From the human T2T-CHM13v2.0 reference genome, Homo sapiens, in the NCBI GenBank assembly GCA_009914755.4, contig CP068257.2:39552001-39616000 (forward strand): a stretch of 64,000 bases of DNA, in the 5' to 3' direction. Numbering within the stretch: position 1 is the stretch's first letter; the number at the start of each line of letters is the position of its first letter. The notes under the pieces are model-generated. The model saw only the letters and a list, made by a program, of their open reading frames with translations. It made no database searches and was not told the origin of the DNA. Positions 1-11,951 of the stretch are shown here, in pieces. The translations under genes were made by a program, and so were the position numbers.

Positions 1-3000
1 AGGGGTGGCCCTGGCTCCATGAGGAAGAGTACAGGCTCTGAAATCAGACCCAGGGTTCTGAATACCATTCCCACCTCTCACCAATCAACTATCAATTCTG
101 TGCCTCAGTTTCTCGTCTGTAAAATGAGAATGATAATAATGCCTGCTAATAGGGTCATTTTTGTATTAAATAACTGAGAATATTGCCTGAAATCCTTGCC
201 AACCCACATTATTTTGAAACAAGTCTCATTTCATCCATAAATATGGCAGCATGTGTCTCCACTAGATAAGAGCTCTCACACACACAATACCACTATCACA
301 CCTAAAGTATTAACAATAATTCCATAATATCATCCAACCAGTGTTCAAATTTCTCTAATTGTCTCATAAACAATTTTGTCATTTTGTTCAAATCAGGACT
401 GAATAAGGTCCATCTATTGCAAGAGACTGATAGGGGTACTGGGATTCTTTTGATCTATAGCAGGGGTTGGCAGACTTTCACTGAAAAGGGTTAGACAGCA
501 AGTATTTTGGTCTTTGTGGGCCCTTCTGTCTTTGTTGCTATGACTTAAACGAATGGCTATGGCTGTGTTTCAATAAAACTTTATTTATAAAAACAGGCAG
601 TTGGCCAGATTTGGTCCCAAGAAGGCAGATTGCTAACCTGTGATGTACAGGCTTGTTCAGATTCAGGGTTTTTTTGTTTTGTTTTGTTTGGCGATAACAT
701 GTCATAGATGGGTAGCATTGCGGATTTCCATCCGAAGGCTTAGAATGTCAGGGTGTTTCTCTTTCCCTCTCCCTCTAATATTATCAGCCATGTACATTCG
801 GTGTCCAGATTCATTAACTCATTAAGGGAAGTAAAATGGCAACATTCTAATTCTATCGTCCCTTCATTTATTAGCTGCAATACTTTTACAAAGAGAAACT
901 CGCCTTTATCTACTATTTGCTTATACTGACGTATAGTTTGTACAGGAAAGTTAAGATAATACATGCTTGATCCCTTTCCTTTCTTTACCAGCTTTTAAAA
1001 ATAATGAGTTGGGCTTCTTAGCATTCTTCAAAGATAATCAATGTACTTTTAAAAAGAACATTATGAGCAAATAGATTTCAACATAATTGAAGTGTTTTGA
1101 GGCATTGCAGTTACTGCCTTTAATGATGTTTAAATTGTCTCCGTTTTGCCCCAGCTTATGACAAGACCTCAGAAGTCTTTGATAACATCCTTGCTTTCTG
1201 GTGTGATGAGATATTCTAGGGTTATCTTATTCAGTTTATAAAATCAGCCTTCTCCAAAAAGCCCTGGTTCTCTCTGGAGGGAAGTGATATTTAGTAACCC
1301 TAATATGATACTAAGGATACTTATTGTTTCCAGAACTTTTCAGTAGATATATCAAAGGATCATTTTTTTAAAGGCCTCAGAAATACAGAATTCAGAATAC
1401 TGAAATTTCTGAATCAGTTCAGGACCACAGCTGGCGCCTCTATGGGTAAGGTAAGTATGTGGGAGGTAAGATCCCCCATGATCAAAGCTGTTTGCGTCCC
1501 TCGGCCCAGCCCGATCAAACTTCTGGATGCCATCAAAGAGATCTGCCTAACCTAAAGATCATTGTTCTTTAAAAGAAAAACAAGTTCATTAATCATGTGA
1601 GGAGGCTTGGGGCCAGGATATAAAGTTAATGACAAGGGACTCCCTTCTATTAAAAGGACTATGTGCAAACAGGCATGCCTGGAGGAAGCCAAGGACCACG
1701 ATAAAGGAAAACAAACACCTTATGATTCATCTAACATAGGCCCGGTTACAATCGCAGGTGTAAAAGGAACTGGGAGCTGGCAGTGAGAGACAACAAACAT
1801 CAGTGGAACATGGGATGGTGACTCTTTCTGGCTGAGCGCCACACGTTCCTACCAGGAATCTTCTATTAGTCATTTGGGCTGGAGAGTGAGATCCTTCCTC
1901 GCTCTCCACCGTCCAGGGTCATGTTTAATGGTGATGTTTGTTCTTTCCAAGGAGAGAAGGCCCATCTAATTGCAGGGCTTTTGTTTTCCTGAATGGACTC
2001 AGGAAGGCCATGGCTGAAAACGAGGGTGCTGAGAGGCTGTAAGGAGAAGGGAAGGAGTTGGAGGCTCTGGTGGAGTGAGGAAGAGCAGGGCAGTATCCCA
2101 TGTCCTCTGATGTTAGGGGTGAGGTCAGGAGGGTGGGTCTCACCTTCTCCTTTCTCTGCCCTGCATCGGTCACCATGGTTTAAAAATCAATGCTATTCCA
2201 TGAGAGGGCTGCCACTTATCATTTCAGTTCCAACACCTGGAAAGTAAAATTATTGTCTCCCAAATCCACCCAGCACCATAGGCTTGAATAGGGATCATAT
2301 GCTCTAAGACCATTCATGAAAACAGAGACAACCAAGGAGACAGTCACCCAATGCTGTCCCTTCAGCTTGCATTATTTTCTGACAAGACAGCTCTGCCATC
2401 CATGGAAGCCTGTGTGCTCCTCCATCCCTGGATCTTTATGCATCCTTTTCCCCACAAACCCAAACCATCCCTCTTAAAATGAAAAGCTTAGGAATACTCA
2501 CCCTAGACTGAGTCACGCGTTTCTTGTACAAACTTTAATTAGACTTGATTTTTTAAAAATTTCCCTTGTGGCTTTTAATTATTAGACAGAGCAAATGTCT
2601 CTAGTATTAAACTTATATGTCACATAGCCTCTTTATCAATGGCCCTAATACATTTCATGTGCTTTTCAGAAAGATTATATTCTTCCCAGAGCTGTCTGAA
2701 TGTCTTTTTGAACCCCTCAAGACTGGACACCAAGGAGTATAAATAATCATTTTAAAAAAAATCACATTCCCTCCACAACCTTGAATCTGAAACGTGAATA
2801 TATGAATAGAAGGGCTCTGGAATAACTATGCAGATTTATGGAGAATATCAACTTAAGTTATATCACGGGATCCAGCTATGCCTTTCTTCATGGAGTTGGG
2901 GATTTGTTAAAGTTGAGATATAGTTTGGGGGAAGTGTGATTTATGGTTAAAGTCATCTGAAAATCAATACATTTGAAGATCTCTGACATAAAGGTCCCTT

Positions 3001-4401
3001 GCAGAGCTAGACGTGATTCTAAAATTGGGAACACAGGAATAAAAATCAAATCTTGAGTAGAAGTAGCTGAAAATTGCAGTGATTCGGGGAAGCTTGGCTT
3101 CTAACTCCCCACTGTTTGAAGATGGGCTTGTTTGTTTTTTAAAACAGCCAACATAATTCAGCTGGAGGAGGTACAAAGAATTTTCTATTCCTTGTTTCTG
3201 TAGAAATCGATGGACTTTAGCTTGTCTAATTGTCCCCCCTGCCTTTAGTATCTAAAATAAAATAACCCTCGTTGCTTGCATTACTCAACGCATTTCTGCG
3301 TCTTGGCGTCTATGGCTAAACGAGTATTAATTAGACAGTCCGCAGAGAGCTGGCTGGGGATAGAAGGGGAGGTGGGGGAGAAGGGCAGGGATCACAGCAG
3401 GGTGGACTCGTGGCCCTGATTTGGGATCCTGACAGCAACTTACTAGGTGGCCTGAGGGCTGGGTGCCAGGGGAGGCAGCGGGTTCCAGTAGCATCTGACC
3501 TGCATTAGGGACAGGGGCGCGGCGGAGGGGGCGAAGGGGGCGGGGGTGGGGGGAAGGTGGCTGGGGTGAAGCCCAGCTTCGCAGCTAGCTGTGGGCAACA
3601 GAGGGAGTAAGGGGGGGCAATGAGGCTGGGGCCAGGCGCCAGCAGCAGCCACGCCCCCCACCTCCCCCGATTTTTAGGGAAAATTCTCCAAAGCTCTCGC
3701 ATCCTCCTCTGCCTCCTTCCACCCTCCACCCTCCCAGCCTCCACTGAGACCTCTTTAAAACCACCCAGGGGCCGCCGGGGGATGAGGCCGGGGAACGGGC
3801 TGGACTGAGGGCGGGGGCTCGGGGGCAGCGGACGGGAAACGCCTCGAAAGCAGCCAGACCCGGCGACTGAAATGAGGCGGAGGAGCTTGGCGAGGGGAGG
3901 CGCAGGCTCGGAAAGGCGCGCGAGGCTCCAGGCTCCTTCCCGATCCACCGCTCTCCTCGCTGACCTCCGAGTCACCCCCGGAAGCTCCCGCCACTGCCGG
4001 GCGAATAGACCCCCGCGGACCCCCAAGCGCGCGGGGCCGGGGCCCTAGTTCAGGCCCTCGCTGCCCCTTTAAGGGTTCTCGAAACTTTCCCCCCGGTATC
4101 AGATGAGCCTCGTCACATCCGTTGGCCGTGGCCGCTGGGGCGCTTTCCGAGGAAATTCGGGACTCGAGTTTCCCGGGGAAGAGGCGCGGCCTGAGCCCGG
4201 CGAGGGTGGGGAGGGCAGGCGCAGGTGGACCCCGGCGCCCCCCGAGCCCCGCTGTGACCTTGGCCGCGGGGGAGGGGCTGGGCCGCTGCGGGGCAGTCGC
4301 GGCCGCCAGAGGGGGCAGCGGAGAAGAACTTGCCCAACTTGGCGGCGCGGGCTGGGGCGGCTCTGCGCCTCCGCGCCCGCCTCCCCGGCCTCCGCCTTCT
4401 C

Positions 4402-4439
4402 CCCTCCCGCGAGCCTCCTCCCCTCCCGCGAGCCTCCTC
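4402..4439. repeat. Perfect 2 x 19-bp tandem duplication (ccctcccgcgagcctcctc) inside the CpG island upstream of the ATG
   Basis: Two identical adjacent copies read directly in the sequence at 4402-4420 and 4421-4439. Confidence 0.9.
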
Positions 4440-4595
4440 CCCTGGGCCCTCCTCCCGTCCTCCCCGCCGCCGCCGGTCCCGGTGCGCGCCCATCCCTGCC
4501 CGCAGCCCCGCGCGCCGGCCGAGTCGCTGAGCCGCGGCTGCCGGACGGGACGGGACCGGCTAGGCTGGGCGCGCCCCCCGGGCCCCGCCGTGGGC

Positions 4596-4907
4596 ATGGG
4601 CGCACTGGCCCGGGCGCTGCTGCTGCCTCTGCTGGCCCAGTGGCTCCTGCGCGCCGCCCCGGAGCTGGCCCCCGCGCCCTTCACGCTGCCCCTCCGGGTG
4701 GCCGCGGCCACGAACCGCGTAGTTGCGCCCACCCCGGGACCCGGGACCCCTGCCGAGCGCCACGCCGACGGCTTGGCGCTCGCCCTGGAGCCTGCCCTGG
4801 CGTCCCCCGCGGGCGCCGCCAACTTCTTGGCCATGGTAGACAACCTGCAGGGGGACTCTGGCCGCGGCTACTACCTGGAGATGCTGATCGGGACCCCCCC
4901 GCAGAAG
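4596..4907 (+). CDS. BACE2: BACE2 coding exon 1 (codons 1-104: signal peptide and propeptide), ending at a GT donor at 4908
   Basis: ATG in a good Kozak context (gggcATGG). Translation MGALARALLLPLLAQWLLRAAPELAPAPFTLPLRVAAATNRVVAPTPGPGTPAERHADGLALALEPALASPAGAANFLAMVDNLQGDSGRGYYLEMLIGTPPQK matches the recalled N-terminus of human beta-secretase 2. The exon ends in phase 0 at cagaag|gtaggg. Confidence 0.93.
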
Positions 4908-5781
4908 GTAGGGACCCCCGGCTGCTGCCGCGGGCTTTTCGGGCTCGTTGGAGGGAGGGGGCTGTCCAGAGACGCCTCCACGCGGCTTAGCGTCGCCCCC
5001 AAAGCAGCAGCTGTCCCCGCACAGAAGAGCGGGGAACGCAGAGGGGCTCGGGTGGGCCGGGGAGCGGGGGCGCTCGCTCTTGAGTCGCGGAGGACGGCAG
5101 CCCCCGCCCGGGGCGCACTGAGGGGTGTGCGCGAGTGTTTCAGAACTTGTGAGCTCCCCCTCCGCGGGGCTGGGCGGGAGAGGAGACCTGGAACTTGCCG
5201 CCTCCAATAACGTGATTTCCTTCTTGCGGGCGACACCTACTTCCAGCGGGAGACGGAGCGGTGGGCCTTGGGCGACGGGCTATTATGGGGAAAATCACCT
5301 CGTGTTCATACCCTCCCTCCCCCCCGCCCCCCCCCCACCCCACCACCATGCTGTCTCATTGCTAAAGAGGCTCGTGGCCGGCTTCCAAAGGCGCAGTACC
5401 CTTTAAAAAGGATTTATGCATGAGCTCAGCTAAAAGCAACCCGGTTAAGAAGTGGCTCGCTTGCTGCTCTGAGGAAGGAGCAGCGTCTCCCCTGCGCCCG
5501 CTTTCCTTTCTCGGAGTTGGTTTGTCAGCTGTGTCCTCGCTCATCCGGCGGCCCTGCCCCTCTGCACGGAGCGATGCATCTACACGCGGGTGTGCAGAGT
5601 GTGAAAAGCATTCCAGCTACCGGGAAAAAAACAGGGGCTGAGTGAGGTGTCCGGGGACCAAGTGGTATCCCGATTACAACACAAAAATAAAATCAAACAG
5701 CTTTCCTTTTCTCTTACTCTGATGTTCATTTACTAACACTTTTTGTAGCAAGAAACAAATGTTCCCAAGCACAGTGATCTG

Positions 5782-5799
5782 AAAAAAAAAAAAAAAAAA
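5782..5799. repeat. poly(A)18 homopolymer
   Basis: A run of 18 A read directly. Confidence 0.9.
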
Positions 5800-8700
5800 T
5801 CCCAATTGATCTGCCCCCTCCTACTTTCAAACTGTCTAATCCAAGTGGGATTTGAAGTCCTTTGCTCAATTGAATGCACTATTTGAAGATAGTTTATTTT
5901 TATTTTTAACATTGTCATTTGGGTTTTGATTCAGCTATGATTCCCCCATAAATAGAACATACTCATGACTTTTGTATAATTCTCATTAAATTATTCAAGA
6001 CTTTAAGAGGAAAGACATGCCATGCTAATTCTTTTAAAAAAGGAAACTGCCGAATAACTTCTGTAGTTGTTTAATTAGTTTAGGGGGAAAAAAAAACCTT
6101 CAAAAGCGTATATTCAAACTTTGATTCTAGTTGCCTTTCGTCTAAGTCATGGGAAGCCACGTGAGTGATCTTTGCCATCTCCAGGAGTGGATGGTTAGAG
6201 GGAGGGAATAGGAATCCCCATCAGCTGAGGGAGCTTAACTTGGCTGTAAGATGTGGTCTTGGTGCAGCCAACACGTGGGAACATGTGCCTGGTGCTGAGA
6301 ACCTTGGAAATATGACAAGATATTGAGGAAGAACCTCTTCTGTGACCTGCAGAGAATCTTTTGGAACAGGCCTTGAATGAATCCCCATTGGACATGTGTG
6401 CTTTGATGCGAGGGAATTCTCTCTACTAAAAGTAAATGTGGGTGGTCTGAGGGCTATGATAAAAGAAGCCCTGAAACCCTCCCTCCAGAGCAAAGGGGAA
6501 AGGGAGAAGCCTGAAGAAGGACTAAAAAATACTTAACTTTGGCAATCAAAAAAAAAAAGCTTTTATAAATAATAACTTGCCTGTTAATTAATTCAATGAC
6601 CTTTATTTTAAAATGATGAGGTTTAATTAATTTAATTAACAGAAATGTATTGAGTACCTAGGCTCCTGTCTTTACCGTAGCCAAGGCAGTAGTTGGTTCA
6701 AGATTACTTCTCAACCATTAGCATGTTTCCAGGGAGCGCTGCTTCTACAGAGACAGATTTAATTTTTACATGTGATGGGGAATGAAATATCCTGTACCTC
6801 CCTCCTGGCTTGATTTAGCGATAAGCTGCTTTATAACCAAATCTTTCCAAATGCCTACTGTAAAGTCAGGCTTTCCTGACTACTGCATTAGGATTCACTA
6901 CCTGCCTGTGTTGCCCTGAAATGTCTCTGACCACCAGCAGGGTGTCAGCAGCCGGCTAGAGGGGGCAGCAGTGAGGTGACTTCTGAACCTGGAGTGAGCT
7001 TTCCTGCTCTATTAATGGCCAGGAGTCATGCATTTATTCTCTGCTGATTCTCTGAAGCCTAAAATAAAAATTGCTTAGGTGGAGAGAAAAATGGAATTGT
7101 AAATTCAAGCAATAAATAACCAAGAATTTTTCAAGAATTAAGTAATAGTCATAGACAATGTCTGAAAGCTCAGTACGTGACAAGCACTGCGCTCTGTGCT
7201 TTAGGTGTGCTTTCCCAGGAATCCCCACCCACCACCCACCACCCCTCGGGGGTCTTATACGCATTTGGGGGTGGGAAAACTGAAGCTCGGAGAGACTGAA
7301 TGACTTTCCAGGGCAACAGGGCAAGAAAGAGGGAGGGCCAAAAATGGAAGCCAGGGAGCTGAACTTCAGAAGCCAAGTTCTGAACCACCAGACAGATAAC
7401 GACTTCCTTCCCTTCATGCCTCCTGATCTCTTTGGTTTTGGCCTCAAACTACCCTTTCTAGCCAGAGAACCCTGAACGTACACCCCAAGGTGTTAGGGAC
7501 TTATTGTATGACTGCAACTGGACCCTCCGGAACTCCGTGCTGTTCCCCCATCTCCTCTTTCCTTCAGCACTGCTGAATGAGCAACAGAATGAAGGGCTGG
7601 ATCCAGGTGTGCACGGGAGAGGCCTTGAGAGGAGAGGTTCAACAGGAACCAGAGCCCTCCAGCTCCCCTTCTTTTATGGGAAAGTCAACTGTTGGAAGTG
7701 TGCTTGTTCCCCGAAGGCTTTAATCAGGAACTAGAGGTCCATTGTTTAAAGCCCAGTGACTCTGTGAGGAGTCACAGGCATGTGCCCGGAAGCCCGCCTG
7801 AGAGCTGCAAGGCGTGTGTGCTGGCAGGCAGGGCCACGTTGGCATGGAGATGACTGCCAGGTTTGCGGCTGATCCCATTATGTGGGTTCTTTCGAACTGT
7901 AGAACTTTTGAACAGTTCTTTCAACCAGCACCTGCTTGAACCGTGCAATTTGGTCTTATTAATAATAACACTCTTCTAAAGTAATTATAATTACAGCAAT
8001 TTCTATTATGAAAAAAGAGACTTTCATGTTAACACAATAACTCCAGCTGAAGACAGGAGAAGGTGTGCAGCCATATACCTTGTAGTAGCTTCAAAAAAAG
8101 CCTTTGGGATTCTTTTTCTGAAAGATTTTCTGTCATCTCCACTAACATAGGTAAAGCAGACAGCAAAACTATTCTCATACCTGAACACTTGAATGTAAAG
8201 GGCCACCTAATTATTTTGGCGAATCCTATTTTAATCATGGTGCATTCACTTGATTATCAGCCTCTTAGTACACAATTATTTGGAAGACTTGTATTGAAAA
8301 TATGGATCCAGCATATGCAATAAGAGTTTGTGTTCTTCAGAAGAAGCCATCCAGGCTCCCCAAATGAAGCTGACTGTAGGTGAGGCTGAAAACAAGAAGG
8401 CAATCCCAGCAAGAAGAAATCTGATGGAGCCACTTGAAATGGTAAACTATTAAAGACAATGAGAAAAAACAATTACTGAGGTTGAAAGAACAAGAAAGTC
8501 AAAGCCAGTTTGCCACCAGCTCCTTCGAGTGAGAAGTGGCAGCTTCTGGGCTTTAGAGAAAGAATTCATCAAAGACTGTATTACAGAGGACTGGGAAAGG
8601 TGAGCCAAGAAATCAGCTTGAAACAACAAGGAGGGACAGGAGTCTGAGAAATAGTTTATAAGATCAAGAGCTGACCTTGATTTCTTGCTGATGGAGTGTT

Positions 8701-9149
8701 GGACACTCAAAGGGCACGTGAAGCCCTGTGCGTGGCTCACCTCATTGTATCCTTGCAACGTCCTGGAAAATGTGCACAACAATGTGACTTAATTTTCAGA
8801 CAGGGTAACCGAGGCTTGGAGAGGCAGAGTAGTTTGTCCAGGGCCACACTAGTGAAGGCAAAGCAGGGTGGAGCTGTCAATCTGGGTCAGCCCAGCTCAG
8901 TCTTTGCACGTCACTGCCGTTCCTCCTTAGGTGCAGTGTTTTAGTTACAGTAACTTTTTAAGAAGAACCATCTTCATGCTTCTGGAGATGATGTGGTTTG
9001 ACAGGAAGCATCCTGATGTGATTACAGGTCCTGAGCACTGTAGTGTCACACCTGTGACCAGGAGCAAGTGTGTAACCTCCCTCATCTTCCCTTTCCTCAG
9101 CTGTGGAGAATCAAATTTCTGCATTAATGTCCTGGTCTCAAAACAATAG

Positions 9150-9520
9150 AAACTTGTTCTCATAATTCTGCAGGCCAGAGTTCAAAAAGCAAGGCGACAG
9201 CAGAAACACTGTCCCTCCGGAGGCTCTGGGGGAGGATCCTTCCTTCCCTCTTCTTAGTGTCTGATGGCTGCTGGCATTTCTTGACCCTTGGCCGCATGAC
9301 TCCAATCTCTCCCCTCCATGTAAGTTTCTGTGGCCAAATTCCTCTCTTCTTATAAGGAGACCAGTCATTAGATTAGGGCCTGCCCTCCTCTAACCTGACC
9401 TCATCTTTACTTCATCACATCTGCATAGACCCACTTTCTGAATAAGGTTAAGTTCACAGGTACCGGAGTTACGTCTTCAGCATATCTTTTGGGGAACATG
9501 ATTTAATCCACAACAAGTTC
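9150..9520 (+). repeat. Ancient mammalian interspersed repeat, MER/LTR-type, family name unresolved without RepeatMasker; one of four related copies in the window
   Basis: Shares the characteristic consensus blocks ...ttctgcaggccagagttcaaaa...cttcttataaggagaccagtcattagattagggcctgccct...ctgaataaggttaagttcacaggtaccggagtt... with the copies at 42421, 48421 and 59715. Confidence 0.5.
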
Positions 9521-9791
9521 ATTCTAAGTTTTTCATTCTATGGATTTTTTTTCTTTGATTCTACCTCACCTTTTAATTGTTAATAATTTCAATTTGGGAT
9601 TCAAGTGTAATTGTTATCACAGGCAATACACAAATGACGATTTTAGTGCTGTATTGATATGAAGCCTGCGGCAAGAGAGTGCCCTGGGGCTTAGGGTGGG
9701 AGAAGGAAGAGAGGAGTGTTTCTGCTTCCCTTCTGTACTTCTGTATTGTTTTTCCTGCTGGAGAGTAACTGCTTGAAAATTTAAAATGTCA

Positions 9792-10178
<387 letters not shown>

Positions 10179-10433
10179 TCAATGATATTTAAATACCTAT
10201 GAGTAATAAACACTTATGTTGGGATGGATGTAGAAAGCTTCAGTATTTCATGTTTTAAAGACATTATAAGGCAACCCCCTTATCAATCAGGATATATTTA
10301 ATATGAAACAGGTGCTTCCCCCCATACTTCCCGCCATACTCATCCCTGATCTCCTTGTGTGATCTCCTTGTTGTAGGTAAGTTGGCTTCACCTCCCCTTG
10401 CCTGCCCATTTTTCCTTTTTCCTCCTGGAATGA

Positions 10434-10769
<336 letters not shown>

Positions 10770-11877
10770 CAAGTGGCTATTCTTTTGTGGTGGTGGTACG
10801 TAGCTGCATTGCTCCCAGGGGTGGAGAGGGAGGAATTTAAAGGTGGTGTTTCTCTCCTTCTCCCTGGTATCTGACAGCATGCCTTGGGATTTATGTAACA
10901 TCTCATTCATAGACTAGAGCAGGTCAAGCATTGGCCCCTGAATTCAGGGTCTACCTGTGCTGGAGAAGAGGTGGGGGGTTAGTGGGCACTGACTCTTGCC
11001 CCAACCCCACACTGGGTACAGCAGGAACGGGGTGGTGGTCCTCCTTGCTGGTGAGTGAGGTCCCTCTCCAGGTGACCTGAGGCTCCTATGACTGACTGTG
11101 AGCCTCTGCCTGTCCTTGAGTCCCTTGCTGTGTGTCATGGATCCCTCCTCTGGGTCACCCTGTTTGCCCAGCCTTGGTGAGACACTGGGGTTCATTGTAT
11201 GTTAAGGTAACAGATACTACCCGGACAATAGGGCATACCTGTGAGGCAGGTGGGCAGCCTGGCACCCCTTCTGTAATTTCCCTGGGTATAAACATGTTTC
11301 TGGTGGAACCTGAGGAAGAGAGTGTCACCTCTTCTGGGTGACTTTCCTGGCCTGGCTCCCCTTCATCCTCTCTTGGCCTAGATGTACTAATTTGATATTT
11401 GACTATTGCTACTCAATACAAAAAAAAGTGGTCACTTTTTTGCTCTTAGAATTCTCAAAAGAAGAGAGAATACTCTGGGAGTGCTGACATTAACCACATA
11501 AAGGAAATGAAATGAGTGTGTTTGTTTTGTGCTAATGCTTGCTGTCCAGCCCAGGCCCCGGGTGGGATGTTTTCAGATTTTTATTATATGGCAATCATAT
11601 ACCTGCACCTAGAAATATACAACCTCGGCGCTGCCATTGCAGGAAGACAAAGAGACTGTCTAGAGAGTAACGTGGCGATGCCCTGGGCAGCTCCATCATT
11701 CCAGGGTACCATAAAGGGAAGTGGGAATGCACACTCCATCTGTTTCACGCTAGGCTGAAAGTGGCAGGGGGAGAATTTACACCTGGCCTGCAAAAGGCAG
11801 CCTTGTGTTCCCACTTCAGAGCCCCAACTTCTCCAAAGCCAGTGCTTGGGAAATGGCCTTGTTGGCAGCAGGCAGGA

Positions 11878-11951
11878 GACTGGTGCAGTGTGCCAGCTGT
11901 GCAAACCCCCACCAGACTGGTGCAGTGTGCCAGCTGTGCAAACCCCCACCA
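11878..11951. repeat. Perfect 2 x 37-bp tandem duplication (agactggtgcagtgtgccagctgtgcaaacccccacc)
   Basis: Two identical adjacent copies read directly. Confidence 0.9.

Larger units (their letters stand above)
3780..5350 (+). promoter_or_regulatory. BACE2: CpG-island promoter, 5' UTR and first-exon region of BACE2 (TATA-less, GC-box rich)
   Basis: Very high G+C and CpG density from about 3.4 to 5.35 kb. Multiple Sp1-type GGGGCGG boxes, e.g. about 3537-3553, 3808-3826 and 4351-4363. No TATA box. Lies directly upstream of and around the BACE2 initiator ATG at 4596. The exact transcription start site is not determinable from sequence alone. Confidence 0.8.

Noticed and set aside
1-3300. Upstream 3.3 kb scanned for genes and repeats
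   Set aside because: Only short ORFs of 90 aa or fewer without features. It is AT-rich intergenic sequence with possible very old repeat fragments that cannot be classified confidently by eye, so nothing is reported.
3755-5210. Very long ORFs on both strands across the CpG island (4122-5210 on plus, 362 aa; 3755-4843 on minus, 362 aa; 4103-4990 on plus, 295 aa)
   Set aside because: The roughly 75% G+C content suppresses stop codons. The translations are low-complexity Pro/Arg/Gly/Ala-rich strings with no domain. The only frame supported by a recognisable protein is the BACE2 start at 4596, inside the 4122-5210 ORF but starting at an internal Met.
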